Assembly: GCA_037134895.1 (NCBI GenBank)
Contig: JBAXLI010000008.1
Location: 17,294-81,293, forward strand
Origin: Bacteroidota bacterium
GTDB taxonomy: Bacteria > Bacteroidota > Bacteroidia > Bacteroidales > FEN-979
Length of the DNA stretch: 64,000 nucleotides
Direction of reading: 5' to 3'
Shown here: positions 56,677 through 64,000 of the stretch, one piece after another
Layout of the letters: each line of letters opens with the position of its first letter
Position numbering within the stretch: the first letter of the stretch is position 1
Position numbers and translations under genes: made by a program
The notes under the pieces: generated by a model
Told to the model about the DNA's origin: nothing
What the model saw: the letters and a program-made list of their open reading frames with translations, nothing else
Databases searched by the model: none

Positions 56677-57406
56677 TTCTGTCTCCCAGGAACCTGATGA
56701 GGAAAAGGAACAGGTTGATAAAATCGAGGTAAAGAGTCAGAGCGCCAAGGATACTGGCTTTTTTTGCATTCTCCTCCCCAAAGCTTCCGGCACCTGCCCC
56801 GATCCTTTTCAGTCTCTGAACATCATATGCTGTAAGCCCGGTGAAAATCAAAACGCCAAGTACACTGATAATGTATTCCATTGTGCTGCTATGCATGAAA
56901 AAATTTACAAGCATCGCGATCATAATACCGATAAGCCCCATCATCAGGATGGATCCGAACTTGGTGAGATCGGTCTTGGTTGTATAACCGGCAACGGACA
57001 TGATGCCGAACATACCTGCGGCTACTATGAATGTTTTAAATACCGAGGCTGAGGTATATATCAGGAGAATGAAACTCAGGCTCATTCCCATTAAAACCGA
57101 GAACGCAATGAACAGTAAAGTCATGGCCAGGGCCGATAATTTCTGAAATCCAAAAGACATAAGAATCACGAAACCGAGAGGAGCCAGTGTTACGATCCAG
57201 CCTAGTATGGTAAGTCCTCCGGTTTCAACATTCACCAGGCTTCTTATTGCTGCCTCTGAAGAAGCAAACCAGTATGCGGTGCCTGCTGTAATGATCATTG
57301 CAAGGGTCATCCATGTAAATACCTGTGACATGAATGTTTTAGCGATAACCCCGGCGTCAGCTCCCTGAGCCGATCCGAAATAGTTCCTGTTATTGTCTTC
57401 AAACAT
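56672..57406 (-). CDS. Bax inhibitor-1/YccA-family membrane protein
   Basis: 244 aa with seven TM helices and a basic C-terminus after ..LYLDFINLFLFLIRFLG.. Confidence 0.8.
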   Translation of the reverse strand: MFEDNNRNYFGSAQGADAGVIAKTFMSQVFTWMTLAMIITAGTAYWFASSEAAIRSLVNVETGGLTILGWIVTLAPLGFVILMSFGFQKLSALAMTLLFIAFSVLMGMSLSFILLIYTSASVFKTFIVAAGMFGIMSVAGYTTKTDLTKFGSILMMGLIGIMIAMLVNFFMHSSTMEYIISVLGVLIFTGLTAYDVQRLKRIGAGAGSFGEENAKKASILGALTLYLDFINLFLFLIRFLGDRK

Positions 57407-57425
57407 GTTGTTGTCTCCTATTATT

Positions 57426-57500
57426 TTTAGGGTTTGGGGGTTAGGGTTTAGGGATAAGCAATATCACCCTAATCCCTAATCCCCAATCCCTAATCCCTGT
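57426..57500. repeat. Heptamer array locus L11: class A x4, spacer, class A' x5 (hairpin)
   Basis: TTTAGGG TTTGGGG GTTAGGG TTTAGGG (57426..57453), then ACCCTAA TCCCTAA TCCCCAA TCCCTAA TCCCTGT (57466..57500). It lies between the BI-1 start and the folE stop (57504..57506). Confidence 0.95.
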
Positions 57501-57503
57501 TAA

Positions 57504-58115
57504 TTAATGCAATCTTGTTGATATTAAGTGTAAAAATTCAGCCCGGGTTTTATCCCTTTCAAACGCTCCGATGAAATCAGATGTTGTTGTGACAGAATTC
57601 TGCTTCTGAATACCGCGCATTGACATACACAAATGTTGTGCCTCAATTACAACTGCCACACCAAGGGGCTTCAGGGTGTTATTGATCGCATCCTTGATCT
57701 GCATCGTGAGCCTTTCCTGTACTTGAAGCCTTCTTGCATAAATTTCGACCACCCTTGCAATCTTGCTCAGGCCGGTGATGTACTTGTCGGGGATATAGGC
57801 AACGTGCGCTTTGCCGATAAACGGGATCATATGATGTTCACACATGGAGTATATCTCTATGTCCTTCACAATCACCATTTCACGGTAGTCTTCACGGAAT
57901 CTTGCCGACAGAAGGATGTCTTCAGGGTCAAGGTTGTAACCCTGGTTCAGGAACAGGATCGACTTAGCTACCCTTAAAGGAGTCTTGAGCAATCCCTCAC
58001 GTTCCGGGTTTTCACCTATGAGCCTGAGTATCTCCTTGTAATGATAACTTAATTTCTCAATTTTTGCCGGATCATAATCATCGGTCCGTTCGTAACTTAA
58101 TTTCTCTTCTGTCAT
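57504..58115 (-). CDS. folE: GTP cyclohydrolase I
   Basis: 203 aa (..[10 protein letters not shown].., ..[11 protein letters not shown].., ..EAQHLCM..). Confidence 0.9.
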   Translation of the reverse strand: MTEEKLSYERTDDYDPAKIEKLSYHYKEILRLIGENPEREGLLKTPLRVAKSILFLNQGYNLDPEDILLSARFREDYREMVIVKDIEIYSMCEHHMIPFIGKAHVAYIPDKYITGLSKIARVVEIYARRLQVQERLTMQIKDAINNTLKPLGVAVVIEAQHLCMSMRGIQKQNSVTTTSDFIGAFERDKTRAEFLHLISTRLH

Positions 58116-58130
58116 GACAATTTGTCTTTG

Positions 58131-58544
58131 TTATCCGCCAAAATATTCCACAGAATTATTCTCAGTTTCTTCTAGCCTTACCGAATGAAGCAATGCTCCT
58201 GCACTGCGGATGCCGGGCTCAAGTTGCTCCCAGATCCCGACTGCTATATTTTCAGTTGAGGCAAGTTTCCCTTTCATGAAATCAACCTCAAGGTTAATAT
58301 TCTTATGGTCAAGTTTTTGCAATACGTCTTTGTCGATCAGGCTGCTAAGTGTTTTAAGATCCATCACGAAACCTGTTTGGGAGCTGAGTTCTCCTTTAAC
58401 AGTTACAACCAGGGTATAATTATGCCCGTGCCACAGAGGATTAGAGCATTTCCCGAAAACTCTGAGGTTCTGCTCATCGGAATATTCGGGGCGAAAAAGC
58501 CTGTGTGCTGCGTTAAAATGTTCTTTTCTTGAGACAAAAACCAT
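58131..58544 (-). CDS. 6-pyruvoyl-tetrahydropterin synthase family protein (second PTPS paralogue, adjacent to folE)
   Basis: Start trimmed to ATG 58544 (MVFVSRKEHFNAAHRL..). Motifs are CSNPLWHGHNY and ..DHKNIN.. 137 aa. Confidence 0.8.
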   Translation of the reverse strand: MVFVSRKEHFNAAHRLFRPEYSDEQNLRVFGKCSNPLWHGHNYTLVVTVKGELSSQTGFVMDLKTLSSLIDKDVLQKLDHKNINLEVDFMKGKLASTENIAVGIWEQLEPGIRSAGALLHSVRLEETENNSVEYFGG

Positions 58545-58576
58545 AACGAACCGCTTGATAAAAGACAAAGTTACGA

Positions 58577-59605
58577 CTAATTTTTCTTTTTCTTCCTGAA
58601 GATGTCGAATCGCATTCCACCCCAAATCCTGAACTGGGATACATCGTAAAAGAAGGATGAATTGCTCCAGGGTGCATCAAGGTCATTGAAGCCGGTGATC
58701 ACCGCTCCCCCTATGTACCATTTTTTTGTGTTGTAGCCTGCGGCCAGCCTGATACCGAGCTGGAATATGAAATCGGAACGGGAGTAGTTGTCGTTCTTGC
58801 CTTTGTAGGAGTATGAAAGCCAGGCCACCCCCGGGAAAACGGCGGCGTTAAAGTACATGTGCTTCAGGAACACAAAGGTATAGGTGTATCCCGGGGCAAG
58901 GCTGATGGAATAAAAATCACCTTCTTTAATAATCTCATCAGGTGCAAGCTTGTATGTTTTAATGATCTCCGCTGGAATGATCCCCGTATCGGAAGATACC
59001 TGGAAATATGAAAAACCCGGTCTGATCATGAATGACCCTGCGCTTTTCACTTGTCGCTCATTCTGAACGAAAGCCGCTCTGAGTGAGAATTTTCGGCTGT
59101 TGTAGATCCAGTAACCATATGCCCCCAGTGAGAAAAGATTCATATCGGGCAGGATATAAAATCTGTTGTATGTCGGATGAATATTCCTGATATAAAATCC
59201 GTGGAAGTTTTGTATGAAGACTTCCGCAGCAATAGCCCTGCCAAAAGCATTTATCCTCAGGTCGATAGCCGATGTTTTTCCATATGTTTCCTTATTAAAC
59301 TGATAAAACGGGTTTGTTATCGAAAGACCCAGCCCAAACCATTTGTAGAAGCCTGCAATTCCAAGTTTTATATCAGTATTGGGCTGGAATATAATATTGT
59401 CAACTTCATTTGTGCTAATCACGAAGGTTGCATTCTGATAAAGCAGGTAGAGCCTGGTTGTTAGCCATTCAGTGTAATCTTCAACATAATTCGTGTCAAG
59501 GGTTGAAGTGGACGTGATGTCTTTATTCTGGGCGAGGGACGGGTAACTTGTGCAGCCCAGGAATAAAATAGTATAAACAATAAGACTTGACAGTCTTGAT
59601 TTCAT
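58577..59605 (-). CDS. Putative outer-membrane beta-barrel protein (DUF4421-like)
   Basis: 342 aa with a signal peptide and an aromatic-rich alternating strand pattern. The family name is from memory only. Confidence 0.45.
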   Translation of the reverse strand: MKSRLSSLIVYTILFLGCTSYPSLAQNKDITSTSTLDTNYVEDYTEWLTTRLYLLYQNATFVISTNEVDNIIFQPNTDIKLGIAGFYKWFGLGLSITNPFYQFNKETYGKTSAIDLRINAFGRAIAAEVFIQNFHGFYIRNIHPTYNRFYILPDMNLFSLGAYGYWIYNSRKFSLRAAFVQNERQVKSAGSFMIRPGFSYFQVSSDTGIIPAEIIKTYKLAPDEIIKEGDFYSISLAPGYTYTFVFLKHMYFNAAVFPGVAWLSYSYKGKNDNYSRSDFIFQLGIRLAAGYNTKKWYIGGAVITGFNDLDAPWSNSSFFYDVSQFRIWGGMRFDIFRKKKKN

Positions 59606-60009
59606 GCATGTTCGTTTCCGGTAGCGTCTGGCTTTTTTGTGAGCCCTACGACCTGAGTAACTTCGAATATGGTAAAGATAAGGTAAAGAACGAAGAAATT
59701 CAGCAGAAAAGGAACGGCGTCTTTTTTATTTAAGAAGGAGTAGATGATCATTATTGCAATAAACAGGAAAAGTTTGCCCGCCGTTGTAAGCATAAACATT
59801 GAGGTAAACCGGCTGAATTTCTTCTGAATAGAATTACTTAAGATCATGAACGATATTAGGCTGCAGCTATAAAAAAAAGCAAATAATACAGGTAATGCAG
59901 GAGAGAACCATGCTGCAGGAAGCAGGTAGTAAAGCGCAAGAGCCAAAATCCCTGCTGAAATGGTTACGATAAGAAGACTTTTAGCATAAGATGAGACTGC
60001 TGACTTCAT
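59602..60009 (-). CDS. Small four-TM membrane protein (ATP-synthase-protein-I-like context)
   Basis: 135 aa and strongly hydrophobic. It overlaps the downstream gene by 4 nt and follows an AtpZ/AtpI-like gene. Confidence 0.4.
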   Translation of the reverse strand: MKSAVSSYAKSLLIVTISAGILALALYYLLPAAWFSPALPVLFAFFYSCSLISFMILSNSIQKKFSRFTSMFMLTTAGKLFLFIAIMIIYSFLNKKDAVPFLLNFFVLYLIFTIFEVTQVVGLTKKPDATGNEHA

Positions 60010-60011
60010 AA

Positions 60012-60230
60012 TTATTTTTTTTTAAGAAGGTCCCTGGTTACAAAATAGATCGATAAGAATACTGAGAGAATTGACAGCGTGACAGTAAAAACCGGCCTGG
60101 TGTCAAGCCATTGGTCCAGTTTCAATCCGCCGAAAGCTCCTCCTGCAATGATAGCCATCATTTGAAAAGCTATTCCGGAGTACCTCGCATACTGGTCTAA
60201 TCCCTTTTTGGGATCAGTTTGTGGGCTCAT
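60012..60230 (-). CDS. AtpZ/AtpI-family small membrane protein
   Basis: 72 aa (..YARYSGIAFQMMAIIAGGAFGGLKLDQWL..) with two TM helices. Confidence 0.5.
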   Translation of the reverse strand: MSPQTDPKKGLDQYARYSGIAFQMMAIIAGGAFGGLKLDQWLDTRPVFTVTLSILSVFLSIYFVTRDLLKKK

Positions 60231-60600
60231 TCGAAAAAGCTTTCACCTCCTGAGCACCCGCATTTTCCATTTTACAGGTTCCCGAAAATTGTGCACCTGG
60301 TTCTATCGCCAGTTTCCCGGTCGTAATGTCACCTCTGTATTTGGCAGTTTCCTTAAGGGTTAACAGCTCAGCAACTTTCACGGTTGCGATTACCTCGCCT
60401 GAAAAATCTCCGCTCTGGCAAATGATTTCCCCTTCGATCTTTCCGGTTATGCCAACCACGATCTTTCCTTTGCAAACGATGTTCCCTATCAGGGTACCAT
60501 CGACCCTGAAGTCGCCGTTTACGCTGATTTCACCTTTTACAACAGTGCCCGGTCCCATAATATTTATGGAGGGCATTTCAGGTTCTCTGTTTTTTGCCAT
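60214..60600 (-). CDS. Bactofilin (polymer-forming cytoskeletal protein)
   Basis: 128 aa with a beta-helical repeat pattern (..GTVVKGEISVNGDFRVDGTLIGNIVCKGKIVVGITGKIEGEI..). Confidence 0.75.
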   Translation of the reverse strand: MAKNREPEMPSINIMGPGTVVKGEISVNGDFRVDGTLIGNIVCKGKIVVGITGKIEGEIICQSGDFSGEVIATVKVAELLTLKETAKYRGDITTGKLAIEPGAQFSGTCKMENAGAQEVKAFSNEPTN

Positions 60601-60606
60601 GGCTTC

Positions 60607-63282
60607 TTATTTTACAAGGTATTTTTTGTCAAAAAACTTCTGGTATTTAGCTATGTCTTTACTTTTGTAAAGTACCGGATAATTGCTGACAGAGATTACA
60701 AAATCGCTGTAATCGCCGGCCGTTTCAAGCTTTGTAAAAATGTACCTGCTGTCCCTGATACTCAGAAGGTATTGCATAGCAGTACCTGCATTGTCGAAAT
60801 TACTTACTGTTACCATCTCCAGATTATTGTCGAACAGCAGGCTGTTCACCTCCAGTCCATCCAGGTCATGCAATTTGGAGTTGAAATCGGCAATTTTGAT
60901 TTTCAGGGCATTTACGTCAACCTTTGAGTTGTTAACGATCAGGATGTAAAAATGAACGGCAGTTGAGTCAAATTTGTAAATACTTTCAGCCGCAATCAGA
61001 ACTGCAGACGCTGAATCAGCAGGATTGGTTCCCGGCTGTCCGCCTTTGCCTGCGGGAGAGGTCAGTGAGGTCATTACTTCCTGTGCGAGAGCACTCACAG
61101 GACTTTTTGGATACTCCTTCTGGATCTTGTTCAGGGCTACGATCATCGAATCGGCAACTTCAATTTTCCCGAGTGAGAGGGCTCGCAGGTAATCAAACCG
61201 GGGGAGGAGGGCTGTGTCGCTTTTATACTTTGTATGGGCTTCGGCTGCATTGCTGATGACCATGTAATACTGTTGATTCTGAAATGCCTTGTAGGTTACC
61301 TCGTAGAGTTTTGAAGATTCCGATTTCCTGGAGGCCAGTTCCTTGTAATAATTCGGGTTGATGAGGAGCTTCGCATAATCAGTTTCGGGATAAGCTGTCA
61401 GTAAAAGGTTTTTATAATAATCTGATTTAGGGTCGTTTTTTAGTTCAGAATACAGAATGTAGAGCTCGTAATATGTTTGGGCTTTACCTGCGAAATCAGG
61501 ATACTTCTGCAGGAGCGTTTCGAAACTTTCGATCGAATGCCCGTAATCATTCAGCCCCTCGATATAAATGAACCCGGCCTTGTAATATGCGTCCATGATC
61601 TTTTTATTCGAAGCAGTCACTTTCGCCGGTGTGAACGGGATATCCTTAGTGTAGAACCTGCGGTCTTTAGGATTGGTAATTTTCGGCTCAGGTTTTTTTC
61701 CTGCAGTGGTGTCGGATCCCCTGGCCACAGCCGCCTGTGAAGTGTCGACCGGCTGCTCAACAGCAGGCATTGTTATTGCCTTATCGGTGAGAAACCAGTT
61801 GTCCTCAAGTTTCCTGCGTCCCCATTTTTTTGCAAATGTCGAAAAACCGCTTGCAAGGGTCGCAGCATTGTAAAAATACCAGCGGCCCTGGGATGAGGAA
61901 GTTGTGGTTGATTTGTCTTCCTGGGTGGCAAACATCTGGTTCTGCTGCTTTGTTTGTTCTGACTGCTGTTTCTTTACTTCTTCGGCGATATACTGGGAAA
62001 TGATTTTATCTATGACCTTATTCCTCTGGTCTTCAGGCATTATTGCAAGAGCCTGCAGACTGTCTTCCCTGCTGATGAGCTGCAGCTGCATGACCAGGTC
62101 GGTCAGGGTTTCAGTTTTTTTCTTCAGGGCTTTGTAATTCGCGAAGTCGGGAGGCAGGAATTGCATGGTACTGTCATAATAGGCCTGGGCCATGGTATAA
62201 TCAGGGAAAGAAAAGTAAATGTCGGCAAGCTCCAGTGCTGAAATAGCTCTCTGGTAGTTATTGTTTTTACTTGTGCTTACCGATTTGCCCAGATAATGGA
62301 TTGCCATAGTTGTATCTCTGTCGGTAAGAGAGATCTGGGCCAGGGAATAATAGATCTGGTCCTGGAATTCTATATTTTTCTCATCCTTCAGCATTTTTTT
62401 CAGCTTCTTGACGATATAATCCCGGTCGGTCGATTTGTTGGTATAACACTGGGCAAGATTTATCTTGGCATTAAATTCCATTTCGTAAGGCGAGGAATGT
62501 TTGAGTACCTCCGTATACATTGCTGCTGCCCGTTCGGGGTCTTCCTGTTTCTGGTAGATCTGGCCAAGGATAAAATAGATCCTCGTCTTCATTTTGACTT
62601 TTGGGTTAAGCTCAAGGGCCCGGTTGAGATAAGGCACCGCAGCTTCATAGTTTTTCTGCAGAATAAACGAATTGGCATATGCGAGATTGACCTTTTCTTC
62701 ATATTTCGACGGGGCTTCGCCTTTATTTATCTTATTCAGCAGCATATCAAGCATTGGTTCTCCGCGGTTGAAGTCTCCCATCTGAAAATTGGCCATTGCA
62801 AGCCAATACATGGCATCATATTTTATGTCATTGTCATTATATGTCTTGATGACAAACTCGAAAGTGCGCCTGGCCATACCGTAGTCCTTCTTGTAAAAAT
62901 AGGCCTTGCCTATCAGCATGTACGCATCATCAATCCATTTGCAATACTCTTTGTGATTAAAGAACATCGAATGCTTCTGGATGGTTTTGGAAGCTTTCTT
63001 AATGGCATTATCCGAAAAATTGGCAGCTTTATTGCCCGATTTATCGCCGAAATTGTATACCGGGAGAACCAGTGAGAAATTGTCCTTCATCTGGGCGTCA
63101 TAATCCTTGATGCCCTGTCGCATCAAGTCCATGCCGTTCCAGTAAACATTATAATGTGCAGTGATGTTATGGTATGTACGCCGGGTCCAGGTATTTTTCT
63201 TGGTGGAGCATGCACTGAAAAAAAATGTGCCGGCAAGCAATAAGAAAATTCCGGCGAGGGCGTATTTCTTCGTCGAGATCAA
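60607..63282 (-). CDS. TPR-repeat lipoprotein, PorW/SprE-like (T9SS-associated)
   Basis: 891 aa with a lipobox (FFFSACSTKKNT) followed by ..YHNITAHYNVYWNG.. and multiple TPR units, an arrangement I associate with SprE/PorW. The start is TTG. Confidence 0.55.
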   Translation of the reverse strand: MISTKKYALAGIFLLLAGTFFFSACSTKKNTWTRRTYHNITAHYNVYWNGMDLMRQGIKDYDAQMKDNFSLVLPVYNFGDKSGNKAANFSDNAIKKASKTIQKHSMFFNHKEYCKWIDDAYMLIGKAYFYKKDYGMARRTFEFVIKTYNDNDIKYDAMYWLAMANFQMGDFNRGEPMLDMLLNKINKGEAPSKYEEKVNLAYANSFILQKNYEAAVPYLNRALELNPKVKMKTRIYFILGQIYQKQEDPERAAAMYTEVLKHSSPYEMEFNAKINLAQCYTNKSTDRDYIVKKLKKMLKDEKNIEFQDQIYYSLAQISLTDRDTTMAIHYLGKSVSTSKNNNYQRAISALELADIYFSFPDYTMAQAYYDSTMQFLPPDFANYKALKKKTETLTDLVMQLQLISREDSLQALAIMPEDQRNKVIDKIISQYIAEEVKKQQSEQTKQQNQMFATQEDKSTTTSSSQGRWYFYNAATLASGFSTFAKKWGRRKLEDNWFLTDKAITMPAVEQPVDTSQAAVARGSDTTAGKKPEPKITNPKDRRFYTKDIPFTPAKVTASNKKIMDAYYKAGFIYIEGLNDYGHSIESFETLLQKYPDFAGKAQTYYELYILYSELKNDPKSDYYKNLLLTAYPETDYAKLLINPNYYKELASRKSESSKLYEVTYKAFQNQQYYMVISNAAEAHTKYKSDTALLPRFDYLRALSLGKIEVADSMIVALNKIQKEYPKSPVSALAQEVMTSLTSPAGKGGQPGTNPADSASAVLIAAESIYKFDSTAVHFYILIVNNSKVDVNALKIKIADFNSKLHDLDGLEVNSLLFDNNLEMVTVSNFDNAGTAMQYLLSIRDSRYIFTKLETAGDYSDFVISVSNYPVLYKSKDIAKYQKFFDKKYLVK

Positions 63283-63328
63283 ATCTTTGGTAATTAATAC
63301 AGATATAACATCAAAACCGCAAATTTAG

Positions 63329-63336
63329 TATAATTT
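63329..63336 (-). promoter_or_regulatory. Match to the Bacteroidetes -7 promoter element (TAAATTTG on the minus strand) upstream of the PorW/SprE-like gene
   Basis: The plus strand reads CAAATTTA at 63329..63336, 46 nt upstream of the TTG start at 63282. Confidence 0.3.
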
Positions 63337-63379
63337 TACGATATTTGCAGTCGTTATAGAATAAGGATCAGACTGCAGG

Positions 63380-64000
63380 ATGGCGGGAGAAAAAAGCGAA
63401 AAGAAGAGACAGAACTGGAAGGACAGGCTCAGGAATAAGTACCGTCTGGTCTTCATGAACGATGAAACTCTGGAAGAAAGGCTTACTTTCAGGCTCTCAC
63501 GTCTTAATGTATTCGTAGCGCTTGGTACGGTAACCATTCTTCTTATTTTCCTGACCACTTTTCTGATCGCTTTCACTCCATTGAGAGAATACATTCCCGG
63601 GTATTCCAGTGTGGGGCTTCAGAAAAAACTCTATGAGCTCACTCTCAAAACAGATTCAATTGAGAAGGCACTGAAACGCAAAGACCGTTATCTTCAGAAC
63701 CTCAGGGATGTAATCAATGGAAAAGATCTTTCTGAAGACAGGCCTATCATCAGGGATACAGTTCACAAATATGGTGATATCCGGCTGAAGAGGTCAGAGG
63801 AGGATTCGCTGCTGAGGCTGGATGTTGAGAGTAAGGCAAAGTACAACCTATACAAGGCTGAATCGGGAGAGAGTTCCTCAGTACCCAGGGGATCGATAGG
63901 AGGGGTGCTTTTTTTTACTCCCCTGAAAGGCGTGATTACGAATGTGTTTGACCCGGTAAAAAAACATTTCGGACTGGATATCGTTGCCAAGCAGAACGAA
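63380..64000 (+). CDS. M23-family peptidase-like membrane protein, N-terminal part (continues beyond the window)
   Basis: Hand translation from ATG 63380 gives MAGEKSEKKRQNWKDRLRNKYRLVFMNDETLEE... It has a TM helix, a coiled segment, and then ..FFTPLKGVITNVFDPVKKHFGLDIVA.. (the start of an M23 LytM-type domain). The frame is open to the window end. Confidence 0.65.
   Translation, partial: MAGEKSEKKRQNWKDRLRNKYRLVFMNDETLEERLTFRLSRLNVFVALGTVTILLIFLTTFLIAFTPLREYIPGYSSVGLQKKLYELTLKTDSIEKALKRKDRYLQNLRDVINGKDLSEDRPIIRDTVHKYGDIRLKRSEEDSLLRLDVESKAKYNLYKAESGESSSVPRGSIGGVLFFTPLKGVITNVFDPVKKHFGLDIVAKQNE

Overview
The window looks like a Bacteroidota chromosomal segment. Evidence for that: T9SS C-terminal sorting domains, PorW/SprE-like and PorV-like proteins, ECF sigma modules, a GGGPS homologue, and TAnnTTTG promoter motifs. 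I call about 51 protein genes, and most are housekeeping. They include ptb/permease/buk, a tryptophanase-like lyase, msrC-like, mntP, queD, and two ECF sigma modules with a T9SS cargo protein. There is also a TetR-flanked RND efflux set, an M14 peptidase, a selenium module (selU plus a nifS-selD fusion), purF, HIT/greA, and a trio of TonB-receptor-like protein, 1465-aa T9SS cargo and PorV-like protein. The rest are ahcY, a PPTase, metH, metF, GGGPS, elbB, a wbpE/D/B-like set, galE, rfbB, fabD, BI-1, folE plus PTPS, bactofilin/AtpZ-like genes, PorW/SprE-like, and a partial M23 peptidase. I found no rRNA, tRNA, CRISPR array, transposase or prophage genes. The unusual feature is not a gene cluster. 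It is a dispersed, modular family of tandem heptanucleotide arrays at 11 loci, totalling about 1.4 kb. The units fall into three classes: A (GGGGATT/GGGATTA), B (ATTCGTA/ACTCGTA/ACTCGTC) and C (GGATGCA/GGATGCG). Seven loci are an array, a short spacer, then the reverse-complement array of the same class, forming a long imperfect hairpin. Four loci are A+B composites, and two of these share a conserved stem-loop core. The arrays abut or contain the stop codons of nine flanking genes. Two arrays sit in frame inside coding sequences (nifS-selD and the PPTase), where they use only stop-free unit variants. All protein names come from motif recognition by eye, since no database search was possible. 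Array coordinates were counted directly from the sequence.
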